A stretch of 64,000 nt of DNA from Ilumatobacteraceae bacterium (GCA_040401975.1 JBBANL010000009.1:8257-72256), one strand, 5' to 3'. Numbered from the stretch's first letter, positions 21,104 through 29,385 are shown. The notes: generated by a model from the letters alone, not told the origin. Numbers and translations are program-made.

Positions 21104-22371
21104 CCGCCATCGACATGCGCTTGTTGCCGCGCACATCTGCGGTGTCTGCAGACGGGGTGCTGTCGGTCGGTGGCGTGTCGGTTGCCGATCTCGCACGCCG
21201 GTTCGGAACCCCGTTGTTCGTGTACGACGAACAGCACCTCCGTGACACCTGCCGCGAGGCCGTCACCGCGTTCGGCGGCGACAACGTGATCTATGCAACC
21301 AAGGCTTTTCTCTGCACCGCGATGGCACGGCTCGCGCACGAAGAGGGATTGCTGCTCGACGTGGCGACCGGTGGAGAACTGTTCGTGGCCCTCAACGCAG
21401 GTGTCCCCGCGGATCGCTGCGTCGTTCACGGCAACAACAAGTCGTCTGACGAACTGCGCACCGCCATGGCCGCGGGCGTGCGTCACATCGTTGTCGACAG
21501 TTTCGACGAACTCGACCGAATCGAACAGCTCGTGGAATCGGGGGTGCAGGCGCCGCGCGTGCAACTGCGCGTCACTCCGGGTGTGCACGTGGAGACCCAC
21601 GAATACGTCTCGACGGGTCAGGACGACAGCAAATTCGGGTTCAACCTGAACAACGGAGATGCGCATCGCGCTCTCGAACGCGCGCGCACTTCCGCTGCGA
21701 TGGTTCTCGTCGGTGTTCACTGCCACATCGGATCGAACGTCGTGGCGGTGGAGAACTTCGCCGACGCGTGGCGGGTGATGATCGAGATGTTCGTTCCGTT
21801 GGGTCTTCCCGAGATCACATTGGGAGGCGGGCTCGGGGTGGCCTACACGTCGGCAGACACCGCGCCGACCATGTCTGCGTGGGCCGACGTGCTTCGTGCC
21901 GCAACGCGAACTCTCCCGACCGGCACGCACGTGTTCGTCGAACCGGGCCGCAGCATCGTGGCGACGTCGGCGGTGACGGTGTATTCGGTCGGCACGGTGA
22001 AGAACATCGACGGCATCCGCACCTATGTCGCGGTCGACGGCGGCATGAGCGACAATCCGCGACCGATGATGTACGGCAGCGAGTACGAAGTGTTCGACCC
22101 GGCCCGTTGTGGTGCGTCGCGCACGGCTCGGGCGCGCATCGTGGGCAAGCACTGCGAGAGCGGCGACATCCTCGTGAACGACGCGGCGGTGCCCGAGGAC
22201 GTGGCGCCCGGTGACCTCATGGTCATGCCCGTCACCGGCGCGTACGGATACTCGATGTCGAGCAACTACAACAAGGTGCCGCGGCCGGCGGTGGTGTTCG
22301 TGCGCGACGGTGAGGCCAGGCTCGTGGTGCGCCGCGAGACTCCCGAGGATCTGGTACGTCTCGACCTGTGA
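21100..22371 (+). CDS. lysA: Diaminopimelate decarboxylase
   Basis: GTG 21100 overlaps the argS stop (ATGTGA); an alternative ATG lies at 21115. FGTPLFVYDE and YAYGYSMSSNYN-like motifs. Confidence 0.9.
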   Translation: MTAIDMRLLPRTSAVSADGVLSVGGVSVADLARRFGTPLFVYDEQHLRDTCREAVTAFGGDNVIYATKAFLCTAMARLAHEEGLLLDVATGGELFVALNAGVPADRCVVHGNNKSSDELRTAMAAGVRHIVVDSFDELDRIEQLVESGVQAPRVQLRVTPGVHVETHEYVSTGQDDSKFGFNLNNGDAHRALERARTSAAMVLVGVHCHIGSNVVAVENFADAWRVMIEMFVPLGLPEITLGGGLGVAYTSADTAPTMSAWADVLRAATRTLPTGTHVFVEPGRSIVATSAVTVYSVGTVKNIDGIRTYVAVDGGMSDNPRPMMYGSEYEVFDPARCGASRTARARIVGKHCESGDILVNDAAVPEDVAPGDLMVMPVTGAYGYSMSSNYNKVPRPAVVFVRDGEARLVVRRETPEDLVRLDL

Positions 22372-22425
22372 TTCGCCACACCCCTGTCGTACCTTCAACG
22401 GTGAAAGACAGGAGCAGTGATCCAG

Positions 22426-22611
22426 ATGAACGAATGTCCGGAATGTGGCGGCCCATTGGTCGGAAGCGGCGACGACCTCCGGTGCGTCGAGTGCGGGCTG
22501 ACGCGCGACGAGTTCTCCGAGGTCGTCGACGAGGAAGAGTTCTCCGACGGCGACATCGATGACGATTTCGACGACCTCGACGAAGAGGGTTTCGACTCCG
22601 CCGACTGGTAG
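22426..22611 (+). CDS. Mini-protein: four-Cys zinc ribbon plus hyper-acidic tail
   Basis: CPEC-x12-CVEC, then 36 residues of which 19 are Asp/Glu, ending in DW. AGGAG lies 11 nt before ATG 22426 (the track start is GTG 22417). Confidence 0.5.
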   Translation: MNECPECGGPLVGSGDDLRCVECGLTRDEFSEVVDEEEFSDGDIDDDFDDLDEEGFDSADW

Positions 22612-22723
22612 GTCGCGCGCACGAAGGTGCCCGTGGCCGAGAGTTGGTGGGCCGGAACCGTTGTCGCGTCCCTGCTGGGAAAGAAAACCCTTTCCTTATC
22701 CACAGGCCCACCCGTAGGCTGAA

Positions 22724-24034
22724 ATGCCTATGGCACCCGCCCCCCACTCATCATCTGTCGTGCGCATCGGAGTTCTCGGATGCGGCAACGTCGGCGCAGC
22801 CCTCGTTCAACTGATCGAACGGCAGGCAGAGGTGATCACCCAGCGCACGGGGGTCACCCTGCAGGTGGCGAAGGTGGCGGTGCGCAACATCAGTCGCGAT
22901 CGCGAGGTGACCCTTGCAGATGGTGTGTTGACACGCGACGCCTTCTCTGTGGTGAACGACCCCACCATCGACGTGGTCGTCGAGGTCATCGGTGGCATCG
23001 AGCCGGCTCGTGAACTGATCTCGACGGCACTCGAGAACGGAAAGCCCGTGATCACCGCGAACAAGGAACTCCTCGCGAACGTCGGGCACGACCTGTGGGC
23101 GAAGTCAGACGAACTCGGTGTCGACCTGCTCTTCGAGGCTGCGGTGGCCGGTGGCATTCCTCTCATCCGCGCCCTGCGCGAGTCGTTGCGCGGCGAACCC
23201 GTCACGCGCGTGATGGGCATCGTGAACGGCACCACCAACTTCATTCTCACGAAGATGACCGACGAAGGGGCCGAGTATTCGGCGGCGCTCAGCGAGGCGC
23301 AACGTCTCGGTTTCGCCGAGCGCGATCCCACGGCAGACGTCGAGGGATTCGATGCAGGAGCAAAGGCCGCGATCATCGCGAGCATCGCCTTCGGCGCACG
23401 CGTGGTTGCCGGCGACGTGTACCACGAGGGAATCAGTGGGGTCACGGCTTCCGACATCGCCATTGCGCGCCGTCTCGGGTACGTGGTGAAGTTGCTCGCC
23501 ATCGCCGAACAATCGGGTGATTCGCCGACGGTTGCCGTGCGTGTGCACCCTGCGATGGTGCCGGTCGCACATCCGTTGGCAAGCGTTCGCGATTCGTTCA
23601 ATGCGGTGTTTGTCGAGGGTGACGCGGTGGGTTCGCTCATGTTCTACGGACGCGGTGCGGGTGGCTTTCCCACCGCCTCTGCCGTGCTGGGCGACGTGAT
23701 CGACGCCGCAGTCAACCTGCGCAAGGGAACCCACGGAACCATCGGTGCGTTCGCGCGCGTGCCCGTGATGCCGATCGACGAGACCTCGTCGCAGTACCTC
23801 ATCGGCCTCGACGTCGAGGACAAGCCCGGCGTGTTGCACGCAATCACCGGGGTGTTTGCGAACCACGGCGTCAGCATCCGTGCCGCGGAACAAGAGGGAA
23901 TCGGAGCCGATGCACGACTCGTGTTCATCACCCACATGGCGCGTGAATCCGACGTGCAGGCATGCCTCACCGAGTTCAAGAAGTCGCCCGTCGTGAAGCG
24001 TTCATCGGGTCTGTTGCGCGTCATCGGCGAGTAG
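22724..24034 (+). CDS. hom: Homoserine dehydrogenase
   Basis: 436 aa. VLGCGNVGAA Rossmann motif and a C-terminal ACT-like region. Confidence 0.95.
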   Translation: MPMAPAPHSSSVVRIGVLGCGNVGAALVQLIERQAEVITQRTGVTLQVAKVAVRNISRDREVTLADGVLTRDAFSVVNDPTIDVVVEVIGGIEPARELISTALENGKPVITANKELLANVGHDLWAKSDELGVDLLFEAAVAGGIPLIRALRESLRGEPVTRVMGIVNGTTNFILTKMTDEGAEYSAALSEAQRLGFAERDPTADVEGFDAGAKAAIIASIAFGARVVAGDVYHEGISGVTASDIAIARRLGYVVKLLAIAEQSGDSPTVAVRVHPAMVPVAHPLASVRDSFNAVFVEGDAVGSLMFYGRGAGGFPTASAVLGDVIDAAVNLRKGTHGTIGAFARVPVMPIDETSSQYLIGLDVEDKPGVLHAITGVFANHGVSIRAAEQEGIGADARLVFITHMARESDVQACLTEFKKSPVVKRSSGLLRVIGE

Positions 24035-24037
24035 GGC

Positions 24038-25402
24038 ATGCAGTACGTCTCGACGCGCGGAGCGGCGCCCGTGCTCGGTTTTTCCGATGTGGTGCTGGCG
24101 GGCCTGGCAACCGACGGCGGTCTCTATGTTCCCGAGGCATGGCCCCCGGCCCGCGCATCGACCGGCGGCTCGTACGCATCGCTGGCCGCATCGGTGTTCG
24201 AGCCATATCTCGACTCGACCGTCACGCCGGGTGTCATGGCGCGACTGTGCGACGAGGCGTATTCGACGTTCCGGCATCCCGACGTGGTGCCGATGGTCGA
24301 TCTCGAACCGGGGCACCAGCTCATGGAGCTCTTTCACGGGCCGACCCTTGCGTTCAAGGATGTCGCCCTGCAGCTGCTCGGTCGGTTGTTCGATCACATT
24401 CTCACCGAGCGGAACGAAAAGGTCACGATCGTGGGGGCGACGAGCGGCGACACCGGCAGTGCGGCCATCGACGGGGTGAAGAACTGCGCCAGTGTCGACA
24501 TCGTGATTCTGTATCCCAAAGGTCGCGTGAGCGACGTGCAACGTCGCCAGATGACAACCGTCGATTCGCCGAACGTGCGCACCGTGGCAATCGACGGCAC
24601 GTTCGACGACTGCCAGGATCTCGTGAAGGCGATGTTCAACGACGCACCGTTCCGCGAGCGCAACAACCTCTCTGCGGTCAACAGCATCAACTGGGCGCGT
24701 GTGATGGCCCAGGTGGTGTACTACTTCGAGATTGCGCGGCGGGTCGACGGTCCCTTCGATGTCACGGTGCCGACCGGCAACTTCGGAAACGTGCTCAGCG
24801 GGTGGATCGCACAGCAGATGGGCGCGCCGGTGCGCCATCTCGTGGTGGCCTCGAACGAGAACGACATTCTGACGAGGTTCTTCGAGTCGCTCGCCATGAA
24901 CGTGACGGGTGTGCATCCCACGTTGAGCCCCAGCATGGACATCCAGGTGTCGTCGAACTTCGAACGATTGCTGTTCGAGATGAACGGTCGCGACGGAGGG
25001 CTCACGGCGGAGCAACTGAGCGTCTTTCGCGACAAGGGTGTCCTGTCGGTGGAGGCAGACCAGTACCAGCAATGGATCGCCCCGACCTTCCGTGCATCAC
25101 GGGCCACCGACCATGACACGTTGGCGACCATTCGCTCGGTGCACGAGTCGACGGGAATGTTGATCGACCCGCACACGGCTGTCGGTGTCAAGGCGGCCCG
25201 GGAGCATCTCGAACCCGGAGTTCCGATGATCACACTGGCCACGGCGCATCCGGCGAAGTTCCCCGACGCCGTGGAACGTGCCACGGGGGTGAGGCCGTCG
25301 CTGCCGGAGCACCTGGCGGACCTGTTCGACCGCGCCGAGCGGACCACGGACCTGCCGAACGACCTCGCCGCAGTCGAGGCTTTCGTCGAATCACGCCGCT
25401 AG
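24038..25402 (+). CDS. thrC: Threonine synthase
   Basis: 454 aa. The PTLAFKD PLP-lysine motif is present. Confidence 0.95.
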   Translation: MQYVSTRGAAPVLGFSDVVLAGLATDGGLYVPEAWPPARASTGGSYASLAASVFEPYLDSTVTPGVMARLCDEAYSTFRHPDVVPMVDLEPGHQLMELFHGPTLAFKDVALQLLGRLFDHILTERNEKVTIVGATSGDTGSAAIDGVKNCASVDIVILYPKGRVSDVQRRQMTTVDSPNVRTVAIDGTFDDCQDLVKAMFNDAPFRERNNLSAVNSINWARVMAQVVYYFEIARRVDGPFDVTVPTGNFGNVLSGWIAQQMGAPVRHLVVASNENDILTRFFESLAMNVTGVHPTLSPSMDIQVSSNFERLLFEMNGRDGGLTAEQLSVFRDKGVLSVEADQYQQWIAPTFRASRATDHDTLATIRSVHESTGMLIDPHTAVGVKAAREHLEPGVPMITLATAHPAKFPDAVERATGVRPSLPEHLADLFDRAERTTDLPNDLAAVEAFVESRR

Positions 25403-25432
25403 GCAGCCTGACGGGTCAATCAACTGTCGGTC

Positions 25433-25603
25433 TCACTCTGACGAGTCGTCATCGGTGGTCGTCGTCGGTGCCGGTCTGAAACCCCGGAGAAGTTGCGTGA
25501 CGAATTCACGCTTCTCGTCGTCGGACATCGTCCAGTAGGACTTCTCGATCGCGACAACCTTGATTGGCTCGTTGGAGTCTTTGTGTTCGGTGGAATCAGA
25601 CAT
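25433..25603 (-). CDS. 56-aa acidic mini-ORF (below the ORF-track size cut-off)
   Basis: Hand translation: MSDSTEHKDSNEPIKVVAIEKSYWTMSDDEKREFVTQLLRGFRPAPTTTTDDDSSE. Its ATG directly follows the TGA of the upstream phosphatase gene (TGAATG). Confidence 0.4.
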   Translation of the reverse strand: MSDSTEHKDSNEPIKVVAIEKSYWTMSDDEKREFVTQLLRGFRPAPTTTTDDDSSE

Positions 25604-26242
25604 TCAGCGACCGTTGATCGAGCTGATGACCCAGTATGCGTCGAGTGGGTTGCGTGCGAACCACCGCACAACCTCGTCGACCGCCTCACTCATCTCGTCG
25701 TAATTGCCGCCGTTGCGCGCCACCCACCATGCAGCGGCATCGGGCGCATACACGGTCGCCGCGATCGGGCGGGCCTGACGGATCGCGCGAAGCGCCGGAA
25801 GGGAATCCCACCCGCGGGTTCGCAGAATCGCGTAGGTCGCGGATGGTCCGCGGTTGCATCCGACCCAACATGTGACCATGAGGACTGCCCCCGGGGTCTC
25901 TTCGATCTCGCGTGCCTTTTCCGCGATGGCATCGAACCAGCGCGGGTCGCGACGGCCGAGATCGTCGTTGACGCCGATGTGATGAACTCGGATGTTCGAG
26001 TTGGCCTCGATGAATTCCTTCTCGCGGAATTCGAGATGCACCGGCATGTAGTCGGTGATGCCTTCAGCTTCCCAGCGGGCGAGTTGTTCACGTGCGATGT
26101 CGTGCTGTGGCGAGATTCCGCCGCTCATCGCGAGAGTGGGAGTCACGAAGCAGACCTCGCGCCACCAGAACATGGGGTCGAGGGGTCGCTGCGGAAGGTC
26201 GAGGGAATGAAGGGGAATGTCATTTATTGTCATGTTGACCAT
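25604..26242 (-). CDS. Dual-specificity/PTP-like phosphatase (CX5R P-loop)
   Basis: Trimmed to ATG 26242 (MVNMTINDIPL; alternative 26233). VLMVTCWVGCNRGPS contains C-x5-R, with an upstream GVNDDLGR candidate acid loop. Confidence 0.55.
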   Translation of the reverse strand: MVNMTINDIPLHSLDLPQRPLDPMFWWREVCFVTPTLAMSGGISPQHDIAREQLARWEAEGITDYMPVHLEFREKEFIEANSNIRVHHIGVNDDLGRRDPRWFDAIAEKAREIEETPGAVLMVTCWVGCNRGPSATYAILRTRGWDSLPALRAIRQARPIAATVYAPDAAAWWVARNGGNYDEMSEAVDEVVRWFARNPLDAYWVISSINGR

Positions 26243-26280
26243 TATGCCAAGGGGGTGTGTCGGGATTCCCGGAGCAGGCG

Positions 26281-26775
26281 TCAGCGGCACCACGGCGGTG
26301 ACGCCACCACGAAATCGAGAGTTGCAGAACAGGGGCGCAGCCCGCGGGTTTGCAATTCGGCCCAGATGTCGGCCAGTTCGCCGAGTCGAAGCGCGTCGCA
26401 GATGCGCGCGGCCTCGCCGAACAGGGTGATCGACGACCGGAACTTTCTCGCGTCGATGCCGCCGAGCACCTTCTTCAGTTCGTCGTACGCCGGCTCGTTC
26501 TGTGGCAGGTGCGAGAGAACGAGGCGACAGCACTCGACGTAGCGGTCGCGGAGGGTGGGATGTGTCAGATAATCGACCACTTCACTCATCGACCTGACTC
26601 CGAACTCGATTGCCATCTCGGAACTGCCGAGCCCCGAGATTTGAGGGAAGACGTACCACATCCAATGAGTCCGTTTGCGACCGACACGAAGCTCTGCAAG
26701 CGCATCGGGAAAGGTGTCACGCTGGTGCGTCGGGTGATTGCCCTGCTGGGTCAGAAGAAATCGTTCAACGGTCAT
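26281..26775 (-). CDS. DUF1810 family protein
   Basis: Trimmed to ATG 26775 (MTVERFLLTQ...), overlapping the upstream stop by 4 nt. GRKRTHWMWYVFPQISGLG and KFRSSITLF segments match the DUF1810 pattern as recalled. Confidence 0.65.
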   Translation of the reverse strand: MTVERFLLTQQGNHPTHQRDTFPDALAELRVGRKRTHWMWYVFPQISGLGSSEMAIEFGVRSMSEVVDYLTHPTLRDRYVECCRLVLSHLPQNEPAYDELKKVLGGIDARKFRSSITLFGEAARICDALRLGELADIWAELQTRGLRPCSATLDFVVASPPWCR

Positions 26776-27443
26776 TGTCCCTCCTCCGGAAACATCTCGT
26801 TGACGGCCTTTTCGAAACGTTCGAAGAGATCGCGGGTGCCGGGTGGGTACCCCTTCTTGTCGAACGCGGCGAGAAGTCCGCGGTACCACATGCGTTGGTG
26901 GTCGTATCCGACGTTGAACTTGGCCCACACGGTGTGTTCTTCTCCCGGCGATTTGCGCAGATCTGCCACCGTGTTTTCTGCGTTGTAGGTCTTGTCCGCC
27001 AGGGAGACCAACAGCGATTCGTCAGTAGCGGGCTTCGACGCAATCTTGTCGATGTAGGGCTTCTTCCGCGCTTCCCACCAGTGCTCGGCTTTCTGCTCAG
27101 CGGTCCAGTTCTCCTCGCGGGCCTGTTCCTTGTATTCCTGCTTTTTGGCGAACGTCGTGTCGGTGCAGCCCCACACGATGTCTGTGATGGCCGGGCCGAC
27201 TCGGAACTTGAGGATGTTGCGTTTGGTGGGAGTGTCCTCCAACAAGTCGTGCAAGAGTGCGCCGATGGTTTGTCTCTTGGATCCGCCTGCCTCGATCACG
27301 AGCGACGCGACTCCGAGAAGGTGGCCGAGATAGGGGATGTTGCTGCCTTTGCGAACCTCGTTTTCGTGACCTTTACCGGCGATGCGAATCGCTCGATAGA
27401 AGTTCTCGGTTGGTTTCCACAGGGGTTCTGTGTTGTGTGTCAT
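26772..27443 (-). CDS. HD-domain protein of the RelA/SpoT-hydrolase type (small-alarmone-hydrolase-like)
   Basis: 223 aa. YLGHLLGVASLV...ALLHDLLEDT and SLADKTYNAENT resemble the SpoT hydrolase HD motifs. Strong AAGGAG Shine-Dalgarno before ATG 27443. Confidence 0.65.
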   Translation of the reverse strand: MTHNTEPLWKPTENFYRAIRIAGKGHENEVRKGSNIPYLGHLLGVASLVIEAGGSKRQTIGALLHDLLEDTPTKRNILKFRVGPAITDIVWGCTDTTFAKKQEYKEQAREENWTAEQKAEHWWEARKKPYIDKIASKPATDESLLVSLADKTYNAENTVADLRKSPGEEHTVWAKFNVGYDHQRMWYRGLLAAFDKKGYPPGTRDLFERFEKAVNEMFPEEGQ

Positions 27444-27497
27444 GTGTGGCTCCTTTCTGAAGAGATCCGAAGAAAGAGTCGTGCCACGCAGCGAAGG

Positions 27498-27662
27498 TCA
27501 CGCGCCGCCACTCCCGGCGGCGCCGAGCACCGCCGCGATGATGATGACCCATCCGATGATCACGATCGGGAACACGATGGTGAGTGCGGCCAGAGCGAAG
27601 CACCAGAACGTGATCGCAAAAGTCCAGCCGATGCATCCGCCGCCGAATCGACTCGGTGTCAT
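27498..27662 (-). CDS. 54-aa predicted two-helix membrane mini-ORF (not in track)
   Basis: Hand translation: MTPSRFGGGCIGWTFAITFWCFALAALTIVFPIVIIGWVIIIAAVLGAAGSGGA. The Shine-Dalgarno is weak. Confidence 0.3.
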   Translation of the reverse strand: MTPSRFGGGCIGWTFAITFWCFALAALTIVFPIVIIGWVIIIAAVLGAAGSGGA

Positions 27663-27716
27663 GCGGGGAATCTCTTCATGTCTTTCACACTTTCAGCGTA
27701 CGGAACGGGTGTGTCG

Positions 27717-28151
27717 TCACGTGGTGGGGCAATTGTCGCTCACGAAGTTGTTGAAACGGGTTGATGCATCTACGACACCTTCTCGTTGGTTGATTGCGTC
27801 GAATTCCCTTCGGAGTTCCTCGTTCTTTGCAATTTCCACGAGGTCATAGTCGTGTGCGTCGAACAGGGCGTTTGTGTCGATCACGGATGAGACCAGAAGC
27901 GCCACATCGTCCTTGATCTCGTCGGGGCTCGTATCGCGCAGCTGCCGGGCATACGTTGCCGCCTTTGTCCACGTGTCTCGCATGATGTCCGGATCCGTGA
28001 TGGCAGCCGGATCCTCTCCGTGGGGCCCTGCAGCCGCGGATTCCATGCTTGCGGCAACGGAGCAGAATTCGGTGTAGTCGGCCGACGGAGCACCGGACGA
28101 GCAGGCAACCAGAGCCGGCACCAGCGCAATGAGAACGGCGAGCCGTCTCAC
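27717..28151 (-). CDS. Putative lipoprotein
   Basis: VRRLAVLIALVPALVAC lipobox. The start is set at GTG 28151, which overlaps the TGA of the upstream mini-ORF (GTGA). The track start is 28175. Confidence 0.6.
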   Translation of the reverse strand: MRRLAVLIALVPALVACSSGAPSADYTEFCSVAASMESAAAGPHGEDPAAITDPDIMRDTWTKAATYARQLRDTSPDEIKDDVALLVSSVIDTNALFDAHDYDLVEIAKNEELRREFDAINQREGVVDASTRFNNFVSDNCPTT

Positions 28152-28294
28152 TTCATGCCCAGGATTTTTCCCCACTTCTGTCGCCGTCCGGCCCGGGTGA
28201 GGGGAATGCCGGTCTTGCGCGAGATCTTGCGCTTGGCGGCGGTGATGCCGAGTGCGCGCTTCCAGGAGAATGTGAGTCCGGGTCCGAGTTTCAT
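28148..28294 (-). CDS. 48-aa highly basic mini-ORF (not in track)
   Basis: Hand translation: MKLGPGLTFSWKRALGITAAKRKISRKTGIPLTRAGRRQKWGKILGMK. Its stop is coupled to the lipoprotein GTG. Confidence 0.35.
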   Translation of the reverse strand: MKLGPGLTFSWKRALGITAAKRKISRKTGIPLTRAGRRQKWGKILGMK

Positions 28295-28350
28295 GGCCTG
28301 ACCGTATCAGTCGGTGCTTCGGTCGGTGCGGTGTCTGCGCCTGCGGCGGG

Positions 28351-28378
28351 TTCTGATCAGAAGCGATAATGGTAGAGT
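28351..28378. promoter_or_regulatory. Perfect 12-bp palindrome TTCTGATCAGAA overlapping a candidate promoter (TTCTGA-16 nt-TAGAGT)
   Basis: Read directly. It lies in the divergent region between the mini-ORFs at 28294 (minus) and 28412 (plus). GATAAT is also present at 28365. Confidence 0.35.
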
Positions 28379-28411
28379 GTACCCTAAACAGATGCGAGAA
28401 GGTGAACTCAC

Positions 28412-28621
28412 GTGGGAATTCTGAAGTGGTACGTCGTGTACCGGGTGGCGACCCGGGGGCGCAGGAGACGAAAGGCCGAAGCGCGGGCCAGGGAGACCCT
28501 CCAGACGGTCTTCGAGATCGCCGAGGACGACTCTGACGAGGCGCTCTTTGAGTTCTGTGACGAGTGCGGCGAGATTCTCGGCGACCATCTCATCGATGGA
28601 GAAGAGCTGGTGTGTCCCTGA
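28412..28621 (+). CDS. 69-aa ORF with a basic N-terminus, acidic centre and three C-terminal Cys
   Basis: GTG start preceded by GAAGGTGA. VGILKWYVVYRVATRGRRRRKAEARA...FCDECGEILGDHLIDGEELVCP. Coding status is uncertain. Confidence 0.35.
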   Translation: MGILKWYVVYRVATRGRRRRKAEARARETLQTVFEIAEDDSDEALFEFCDECGEILGDHLIDGEELVCP

Positions 28622-28629
28622 AACCCCTT

Positions 28630-28691
28630 GCAGTCAACAAGTTGTTTCACGCAATTGACTGCGAATCGCAGAAAATTGAAATTTTTATAAT
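28630..28691. promoter_or_regulatory. Nested palindromes plus a consensus TATAAT in an AT-rich spacer
   Basis: GCAGTCAA (28630)/TTGACTGC (28655), CAACAAGTTG (28635) and CTGCGAATCGCAG (28659), with TATAAT at 28686. A hand count of 28621..28720 gives about 43% GC. Confidence 0.4.
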
Positions 28692-28722
28692 GCCGCGAAG
28701 TACCCAACCAAAGGAGTCCCGA

Positions 28723-29385
28723 ATGACCCGAAATCTGCCCGAATACGTGATGAACGACAGGTGGGCGCGCCTCAGAGCCCTCTCGTTCGAGATCGACTTC
28801 CACTCCGAAATCGACCAACGACTGAATCGCGCCCGGAGCCCGATCGACAGTTTGATGTTTCCTTTCCACATGGCGATCGGTGCGGCCGGACTCGTGCGGC
28901 CATTCGACTGGACCACATGGGAAGCGCCGATGTTGACCATCGAGATGGTGCCGAACCTGAACGACGAGATGGCACGCAAGCACATGACCCGCATCGTGCG
29001 CGCCGACCGTTTCAACGAGGGGGTCTTCGATTCGTATGCACGCTCCGGGGTTCTGACCGCGCTCGCACGTCATCTTTACGAATTGCGACAGACGGAGAAC
29101 GGGTGGCCGACCGACTTTGCGGTGAACCCGGACGGTTCGGTGGAATCCGGCATCGCATTGGTGGCAGGTCGCGGTGTGATTCGTGGGCTCACCAACGGCC
29201 GTCGTTATCGGTGTCCCGAGTGCAGAGGCGGCTGGAGTCTCGAGTGCGAATTGCGGGGCGGTCATGTCGTGAGGGTGTGCTCGCGGGATTGGCATTTTCT
29301 CGCCGACCGCCGGGAGGTTCGCGTGTTGAATCCGAGTCCGCTGCAGCAGGTGTTCAGGAAGCCGCGGCCCAGCGTGCGATCGTGA
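28723..29385 (+). CDS. DUF6508-like domain protein with a C-terminal Cys-cluster (zinc-ribbon-like) extension
   Basis: ATG 28723 lies 7 nt after AAAGGAG. FDWTTWEAP...KHMTRIVRADRFNEGVFDSYARSGVLTALARHLYEL matches the recalled DUF6508 pattern. The C-terminus is RYRCPECRGGWSLECELRGGHVVRVC. Confidence 0.5.
   Translation: MTRNLPEYVMNDRWARLRALSFEIDFHSEIDQRLNRARSPIDSLMFPFHMAIGAAGLVRPFDWTTWEAPMLTIEMVPNLNDEMARKHMTRIVRADRFNEGVFDSYARSGVLTALARHLYELRQTENGWPTDFAVNPDGSVESGIALVAGRGVIRGLTNGRRYRCPECRGGWSLECELRGGHVVRVCSRDWHFLADRREVRVLNPSPLQQVFRKPRPSVRS

Noticed and set aside
21090-24040. Lysine or threonine leader, attenuator or riboswitch elements in front of lysA, hom or thrC
   Set aside because: lysA overlaps argS, and thrC follows hom after 3 nt, so there is no room for one. 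The 112-nt spacer before hom has only two short palindromes (GGAAAG..CTTTCC and TAGGC..GCCTA) and no recognisable riboswitch core.
25420-25689. 89-aa minus-strand track ORF downstream of thrC
   Set aside because: It is Ser/Arg/Thr-rich with no features and overlaps the phosphatase gene end. The 56-aa ORF in another frame (25433..25603) starts exactly at the phosphatase stop and has a more protein-like composition.
28307-28588. 93-aa minus-strand ORF antisense to the 69-aa plus-strand ORF
   Set aside because: It is Pro/Arg/Ser-rich, has no Shine-Dalgarno, and would run through the palindromic promoter region. It is less plausible than the plus-strand reading, which is itself only tentative.
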